From the human T2T-CHM13v2.0 reference genome, Homo sapiens, in assembly GCF_009914755.1 (NCBI RefSeq), contig NC_060925.1: a stretch of 64,000 nucleotides of DNA; one strand, written 5' to 3'. Of this stretch, positions 56,225-64,000 are shown piece by piece (positions within the stretch are counted from its first letter, which is position 1; every line of letters starts with the position of its first letter). A model generated the notes under the pieces. It was not told the DNA's origin. It ran no database searches and worked only from the letters and a program-made list of their open reading frames with translations. A program made the position numbers and the translations under genes.

Positions 56225-56790
56225 ATAGTCATTGTTCCTGTTCTCCTGGATTTTAAGCTTTAGCTGAAGGAGTGCACATTAAACAAATAGTTGTAGAATT
56301 ATTTAATTACATCTGTGATAAGGGATCTAAAGACCAAGAATAGGTTTCCATTATAGTGTAGAATATGAGAACTTGACCTGATCTAGGAGTTTAGGAATAT
56401 CTTTCTTCCTCAGGTGGTAACATTTACAGTGAAACCTAAAGGATGAGGGTGGTAGGACTGGAATTGTAATGAGATCTTTTCCACAGAAGAAATAGCAGTG
56501 TGCACAGGCTGCAAAAGGTAAGGTGTCTGAAGCCACAAAGAATTCAGTGAAGACCAGTATTGGCTAAATGTTTGCAACAGAAGGAGAAACAGTGGTATGA
56601 ACTGAGACTGGAGAGATGGGTAGAGATTTCACCGTATGGGACCATTTTGGTGAAGACAAAGATTTTGGTCTATCTCAAATGCAATGAGAAATCATGAAAG
56701 GTTTTAAGGAGGAAAGGGACATAGATTTACTTTTTAAAATTGGCACTATAAGAATAAATTAAAGGCAGTTGGAAGCAGATACAGTGTTTC
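56225..56790 (-). mobile_element. L2 LINE fragment
   Basis: Purine-rich antisense L2: CTTCCTCAGGTGGTAACATTTACAGTGAAACCTAAAGGATGAG...GCAATGAGAAATCATGAAAGGTTTTAAG. Confidence 0.72.
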
Positions 56791-57879
56791 AATTAAAAAG
56801 ACATTTTAATTGGCCGGTGACATTTTATTGTAATTCCTATCTTACAAAATGAGAAGAATATACAATTCAGAGAGGCTACATCACTAGCCTAAGTTCATAT
56901 AGTTTGTGCCAAAGCCAGGATTTGAATCCAGTTCTGTCTGACACTGAAGGTAGTGTTACTTTCCACTGCACCAATCTTCTACTTTTGAGAATGACTTATG
57001 TTTCTCTACTCATAAAATTTAACATAAGGCTAGAGCTTAGGAGACCTTCTTAAGAACACCCACCTGGTAATTAGCACACCACAAATTTTAGCACATGTCT
57101 TTGAGGCCAGATCTAGTACTCTGTCCACATTATGCTGCCTTTTGCCATTAGCCAACAACATGTTTCAAAATGATCCCTCTTTATCCTGAAAATGGAAACA
57201 GTGAAGTCTTAAATGGCATTACCATCATAAATATAATGTACAAAAATACCTGCCCAGTATACCTCACAGGATTGTTACAAGGTTGAGATAATATGCATTA
57301 AAACACTTCATAAAGTGCCAAGTACTATGCTTTACAGTAAAGCCAAGTAAGGCTTTACTGATGTTTGTTATATAGGAAACCAGAATGCTATGACAACTTG
57401 TCCAGTAGGAATGGGACCTCCACCTTGAATGTTGATATCAGTTAGTAAAAGATCTCACAGATTATAAAGTACCAGTGTTTTTCAAAGATTGTTGCACATC
57501 AGGAACAGGGCCAGGGAGGAGCAATTGATATCCCTGTTTCTACCATATCTTGTTTATTTCATGGTTATGCCTATTTGGAGTTCAATTGGATAACCTTCAA
57601 TATAATTATTTGTTCTAGGGAAACCTGTGTGTCCCAGGGTGCTGACTGATGTGCATTATCAGAAACTTCTATTTTAGGAGACAAAGGCATTTTTTTAAAC
57701 ACATCTGAAGCTCTGAAGCTGTGAATATATCTTTGCAATTTAAATTCTCAAGGAGAATGAAACATGGGTACACAGACTCAAATCAATAGTCATCTTTCTT
57801 CCATTAGAGAATTTTTAGAGTCTTTCATAGGATTCCATTTCTTATTATTAGCCCACTCCTAAAGTTACTTTCGGTCTGA

Positions 57880-58130
57880 CTTGGTATTTGTCAAACTGCA
57901 GATCATGACCTGTTGGTAGCCTATGAAATCAATTTAATGGTTATAGGCAGTATTTTAAAAAATGAAATAGAAGAAAGAGAAAGTATCCAAGTGGGTTGTA
58001 TATTGCACAGGTATTACTTTAAGAAGCTTTTGTCCCAGCCATAAACACATGTGCTTGTCTACTGGGTCACAAAAGAAGATATTTTTCTTAACGTAGGTCA
58101 CTATCAAAAAAAGAAGTTTCAAACACACTG
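57880..58130 (+). mobile_element. Non-autonomous hAT-Charlie-type DNA transposon (subfamily unresolved)
   Basis: TIR remnants GTATTTGTCAAACT and AGTTTCAAACACACTG. Internal TGAAATCAATTTA and CTGGGTCAC motifs. Confidence 0.6.
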
Positions 58131-58741
58131 GTCTATTGAATTCAGAAAAAAAGCTAGTGTCTTTATTCTTTTATAAGCTGGACTTATTCAAGTCTTAGCT
58201 TGATTTCAGGATGAGGAGATGCTACCCAGATTTGATGCAGGTTGTACCTGCTTCAATTTAAGTATTCCCTAAAAGGTTTCTAAAAGCTACATTGCATGGA
58301 GAAGGGGTGAATGTAGAACCAGCACTACCCAGCAGCTATTCACTACAAGAACCCTGAACTGATGGCTCCTCTAAGAGGGTTGAGGGATTTTCAGAGCAAT
58401 AGCTAAGAATAGGACTTCTTCTATAGCACATATGGGGGATGTACCACGTGCTGGGCGCTTGCTTTACATGTTTATCTATTTACTAAACACTTATATAGCA
58501 CTCACAATGTGCCAAGCCCTGTTCTCAGTGCTTTACATGCATTCATTCATGTATCCAATGAGGCAGGTACTATTGGTAGTACCATTACAAAGAGGAAGAA
58601 ATTAAAACATTGAGTAGCTGGAAAAACAAAGAGAATGTTCTCAACAATATGTTCTGCTGCTTTGGTGTTTCTCCATAGTTCCCATCACAGTATGGGTGAT
58701 TTATTATCAATTCTAGTTCAATGTCCATCCCCAGGTCAAGG

Positions 58742-58744
<3 letters not shown>

Positions 58745-58781
<37 letters not shown>

Positions 58782-58805
58782 AAGAGAGAGAGACAGAGAC
58801 AGAGG
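58745..58805. repeat. (TG)15 microsatellite followed by an imperfect (GA)n tract
   Basis: Direct reading. Confidence 0.93.
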
Positions 58806-59152
58806 GAGAAAGTATGTGTCCAACACATGCATTCATGGGTGGGAGTGGTAGGAAAAACTACCTGTAAGAATCCTGCCAACACAATCGTAGAAGGAAGCCA
58901 ATTTGTAGCAGAATGCCAAAAAGCAGTGGCTTCCTACACTTACCCTGGTACTTGTACCCCTTTTGTATATTCCAGTTATAATAATAACAATAAAACAGTG
59001 GGCCATAATCCCTCATTTGCATACACGAGTATCAGGGTAAGATTGGAAAGAAATCCTCTGCCATGGGGCAAACGTTTGAAATAATTGGGCTGGAGAGTAG
59101 AAAGGAAAGTGAAAAGGTGATTTGGAGAGAGAGGGCTCATATATTTACTGGA

Positions 59153-59464
<312 letters not shown>

Positions 59465-60107
59465 TAGATTTTTATGAGGCCATGTCACAAGGAAGGGAGG
59501 AAGAACAAAGCCTTATGATTTGGGCACAAAGGGCTCCCAAGGTTTGTGAAGACATTTAAGCATGTTCCACAATCAGAAAACAAAGAAGACAGAAGATAAA
59601 AGCACCCTAGGCTAAGAGGAGGAAGAAATTTGGGAAAAAGAATGACAATTAGAATGATCGGTGTTTATAAGAGGGATATTATCTATTTATTTTTTCATGT
59701 GAAAGTGTTACATCGTGTCTTTCAGAAAAGGCACCAGTGTACCTAGGCATCATTTGCAAATACATTTCAAGAGAAGAAGAAAAACCTCAGGTGCAAAAGG
59801 ACTGAAATTTTTCCTTGGGTTGGAGTAGATTATAGTGATATTTTGATCCTATGGGGAAACAAAAGAGAATACCCAGAGCCCCCAAATTCCAATAAATAAG
59901 TTAGTAAAAGTTGGTCATTGTTTCCATATGTTCTTTCCTGCCTATCATGGAATTTTAAAATATGACAGGTTAGACCTCAACCCTATGTATGAGAAGGGCT
60001 GTGAGGAGCTGAGTCTCTGTGATAACTTATCACTCCTGCATAGTATGATCAACTGGCTGTATTTCAAGAAAGCTTTCTAAGTAACCCTGGCTGGCAGTGA
60101 TTTGTTC

Positions 60108-60470
60108 TTTTTCTGACTCCTTTTATATTAATTTGTTTCACTTGTGATTTTTTTACACACTATTTAAGTTTATTTGTTATCATTTTTTATCATCGTTATT
60201 AGGGGGAAAGCTCCTTGAAGGCAGGGACTATATTATTTGCTTTGCAGTATCTGCAGCAGAGAATTAGGTCCTATACATATCAAACCTTCAATAAATGTTT
60301 ATGGATCAGCTAAAATAAAAAAACTTCACAAAGTTTCAGACAAGAAGACTTTGTGTAACCCTGGAGCTACCACTTCCATTGCTTTCTGGGATTTTATATT
60401 ACTTTTAAAGCTTTCTGAGAATTTATTTGAATTTTATCTCAGTCTTTGGGGGTATTGGTAGGAAACCACC
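60108..60470 (+). repeat. Left arm of ~362-bp inverted duplication (contains an L2 3' end plus flank)
   Basis: Reverse complement of 60799-61159, with about 24 differences counted by eye. Confidence 0.95.
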
Positions 60471-60798
60471 TCCCTACAACTCCAATCAAGAGCTACCATG
60501 GATAATTTAAACACATATGGAAAATGGTTGTCACAAACACATAATTCACTCTAACATGGAACCATCCTTTATACTCAAAATACAGGTGGAGGTGATGGGC
60601 CTCTCAAAGGCAGTCTGCCTGTTTCTTTGCAAGTGCCATGCACAACTTTCCTGGCATTCAGGCCAACCTCTCAGAGGTGTGATTACCGGAGGCTACCAGG
60701 TCCACAGGTTGCCATACTCCTAGGCATGGTAGGAAACAAAGGTTGTCTACTCAGCTCCTATGCTTAGATAGTGAATAAAGACATAGATCTTATTCTAT

Positions 60799-61159
60799 GG
60801 TGGTTTCCTACCAATATCCCCAAAGACTGAGATAAAATTCAAATAAATTCTCAGAAAGCTTTAAAAGTAATATAAAATCCCAGAAAGCAATGGTAGTGGT
60901 AGGTCCATGGGTACATGAAGTCTTCTTGTCTGAAACTTTTGAAGTTTTTTATTTTAGCTGAACAATAAACATTTATTGAAGGTTTACTATGTATAGGACC
61001 TAATTCTCTGCTGCAGATCCTGCAAAGCAAATAATATAGTCCCTGCCTTCAAGGAGTTTCTCCCTAACAAGGATGATAAAAAATGATAACAAATAAACTT
61101 AAATAGTGAGTAAAAAGAATCATAAGTGAAACAACCAAATATAAAAGGAGTCAGAAAAA
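60799..61159 (-). repeat. Right arm of ~362-bp inverted duplication
   Basis: GGTGGTTTCCTACCAATA...GGAGTCAGAAAAA pairs with TTTTTCTGACTCC...TATTGGTAGGAAACCACC. Confidence 0.95.
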
Positions 61160-61914
61160 AATAAGAGGTCTTGAGAGGTGTGAAAAAGAATAATGGTCCT
61201 AAGAGGTGTGACATTTCCACACAAGTCAGCCATCTGTATTTAAGATAGTGCTGGCTGAAGGTGAACATCAGTATAGACTGTGCAAACTACTTTGTTACTT
61301 ACAGGTAACAAGGTAAATTAGGAGATAGTGCAGAGAAATGTCATCTGTTCCCCATTTAGTACTTCTTCATACATAATGTTCTAGTATGAAATGTCAGCTT
61401 TATCTTCTACAGGTTTTGTGTGTGTGGATAATTTATGAAGTTATCCAGTTTATAAAGAAGGAGTAGGTTCTGGAGCCCCACCCTGGTTTTGTTGCTAAAA
61501 TCACCAGAATAATGACATTAATAGGGTGGCAGAGAGGAAAGGAAGAGGGTGAAGGGAGAGAGAAGAGCTCAAAACTGCATGTACAGTTAGGATCCTAGAA
61601 ACTCTCTTCTACACACACAATCTTCATGTGGCTTGTAAGGATCTTTAAGAATATCCTACATCCATTCCTTCTCAGGCAGCATGGATCGGCTTCTAGTTCT
61701 GCCAGTTTTCTTCCTTTGGATTTTGTTGAGAACAACCTGAGACCTAGTGTGCCAGATGCCAGACCTGTGCTTTTCTCACCAAGTGCAGGGGTTAACAAAG
61801 CTCTCTGTGACTTCATGAACCTTAAAGCTATCCTTCTGCCCCTTCTAGCTCCAAGTTTTTTACTGTGTAGCTCACTTGCCTATTAATCTTTTGCATAGTT
61901 CTTGATACAAGGTT

Positions 61915-62700
61915 AGTTCACTTGTTCTTTTATTTATTCAACAATTGTTTTTATTGAGCATCTATTTTGTAAGCATCATTGTATTAGGTGCTGGTGACTC
62001 AAAAGTAAACAAAATGCATTTGCTACTCTCAAGATGCCCCAGGAAGACAAAGACATAAGTAAATAATTTTAGCATTATCTCAGTAGGTTACTATGGGAAT
62101 GCATAGAAGAGGCATTTAACCTTTCGTCTGGGGAGGAGGTAGTCAGGGAAGGATTCCAGGGGAAGTGATGCTTGGGCAGTGGAAGATGATTAAGATTAAG
62201 CTTGGGGATTGGTAAGAAGAAGCAAAAGGAAGAGGAGGCAGGAGGGAATACCCAAAAGCTTCTGCAAAAGCTTAGAATGGAAGAAAAGCACAGGTAATCT
62301 GGGGAATTGCAAGTAGTTGAATATGGCGGGAGTGACACGTGTAAGATAGAGTACTAGACATAAACTAGTAATGAAGAGCATTTGAAGTCATATCAAGGAG
62401 TCTGGACTTTATCCTGAGGGCCACAGGGAACCATTAAAGGGTTTTAAGTGGGGGGACTGATTAATCTGATTTGCATTTTATAAGAATCTCTCCAGTTGTA
62501 GTGTGGGGAGCAGATTGGAACCAGACAAGAGACTGGCTAGATGGCCATCACAGTAATCCAGAGGAGAATGTTGAGGGCCTGGCCCAAGGGGGTAGTGAGG
62601 GATGGCAAAAAATGGTGAGATACGTCAGGCTCTCTGGTGCTGACTGGATGTGCAATGCAAGGCAGAGCCACAAAGGATGACCCCTGGGTTCTGATGAGGG
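61915..62700 (-). mobile_element. L2 LINE 3' fragment
   Basis: TTATTCAACAA...TTTATTGAGCATCTA...TATTAGGTGCTGG...GTCAGGGAAGGATTCC...GGACTTTATCCTGAGGGCCACAGGGAACCATTAAAGGGTTTTAAG. Confidence 0.85.
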
Positions 62701-63354
62701 CTTCCTGCCAGCTCCCTTGTATGCTGAGAGACGGAGACCTGTAACTATCAGATAAAATTCTATCTTTCCTTTTCCTCTCATTACTGTATTAATTTTAAAT
62801 TTTTTGTTTAAATGAAAACAAACCAGTTCTTCAGACTGGTTAAACCCTTGGCTGTGGTATTCTTTCTAACTTTGGAAACTAATAATTGCACAAAAAGATG
62901 AGAGAGACCAGGAAAAAAGTTTGAAAAGAATACTATTAATTTTTCTGAGGTGGGGAGGAAACCTATGCCATATGCAGAAAGTTTCCAATTAGGTTAATGT
63001 ACCTTAAACTGTATTAGTAATTAAGTGCTTTGGGTATTAAAATACCTAATCTAGCTTCAGGCTGTTTTTAATAAATCCTTTGACATTTTCCTAACTGAGG
63101 GGGAGAGATAGAGCAGAGGAGGCCTCGCCTGGGATTATAGAGCTGTTGGCTCTATTCCCTAGCTTTTAGCAGCTTACTGCGTGACCTTGGTAGAGTTGCT
63201 TTAGGTCCCTAGCCTTTAGTTGCCCTATCTGTGAAATGGCAAAAATAAGAAGATGGCAACATGACTGGTGATAAAAATAAGTCCTCCTACGCAGTGCTTA
63301 GAACTCAGTAAAGGAGTTGGTTTTTAGTGTTTTCTTTTTTCTTTAAATTCTACT

Positions 63355-63815
63355 TAGAGACATTAGCCTGCAAGTTAACAGAATACCTACTATTTCTGGC
63401 ACACGCACGCACACACACACACACACACATTTATATTCACATGACTATATACATTGGCTTATTTATTTATTTATTGTAACATAGGCAATCCAGGACATTC
63501 ATACAAGATGCATGGAGCTCTGGCAACTCCACCAAGTTATCAAGAACCCAAGATTCTTCTGTAGTTCCACTCTAATATCCTTATCCTTTGCTTATTGCCA
63601 GATAGCAGCTGTACCTTCAAGCATCATATACACTGAGCAGGAAGAAAGTAAGAAGGGTTGGTGCCAGCCTCATGTATCCTGTTTGTCAAAAAGAAAGCCA
63701 CTTTCCCAGAAGCAGTACCATGTCTGCATGAGTCCCTCATGGACAGAACTGCACCCCACTGGTCGAGCCAAAGAAGGCTGGCAACGGGAGTAGAAAAACA
63801 TTGTGGAACTTTTCC
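63355..63815 (-). mobile_element. Old MaLR LTR (MLT1J/K/L-like) with internal (CA)n
   Basis: CATTAGCCTGCAAGTTAACAGAA...ATCAAGAACCCAAGATTCTTC...AGATAGCAGCTGTACCTTCAAGCATCA...CTTTCCCAGAAGC...CTCATGGACAGAACTG. Confidence 0.6.
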
Positions 63816-64000
63816 TGTCTCCACGGTGAAAGGGGCAAGAAAGAAAGGGGCTGGGGAGGGTGCCAAGTGAGAAAATCAACAGCAGCTGTCACACCTGCTA
63901 AACAGAGCACCATCCAGAAGTGGGAGAGTGAATCACTTTTCTAGAAGCAAAGTATTGAAGGTTACACTGGAACTGAAATTTTGGGAGGACAGCCTTCACT

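Overview
AT-rich, CpG-depleted primate genomic DNA. It is almost certainly human, because it carries AluYa5 and AluYb8 insertions, two young subfamilies essentially restricted to humans. I cannot support any protein-coding exon, tRNA, rRNA or CpG island. The supplied ORFs look like Alu-derived, L1-derived or chance frames. The window reads as intronic or intergenic sequence filled with Alus (9 dimeric, 3 monomeric), old L1M, L2 and MIR fragments, MaLR/ERVL LTRs and DNA transposons (MADE1 x2, MER94, MER115, MER117). Three structures are not explained by ordinary repeat annotation. (1) A 173-bp copy of sequence from exactly 1,070 bp upstream is pasted into the middle of an AluS with junction microhomology. 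(2) A ~362-bp inverted duplication flanks a 328-bp spacer, and its inner ends are almost identical. (3) Two MADE1 (miR-548-type) hairpins lie in opposite orientation 154 bp apart. I found no evidence for a new multi-gene system. Subfamily calls come from remembered consensus sequences, mismatch counts were done by eye, and boundaries of old repeats are approximate.
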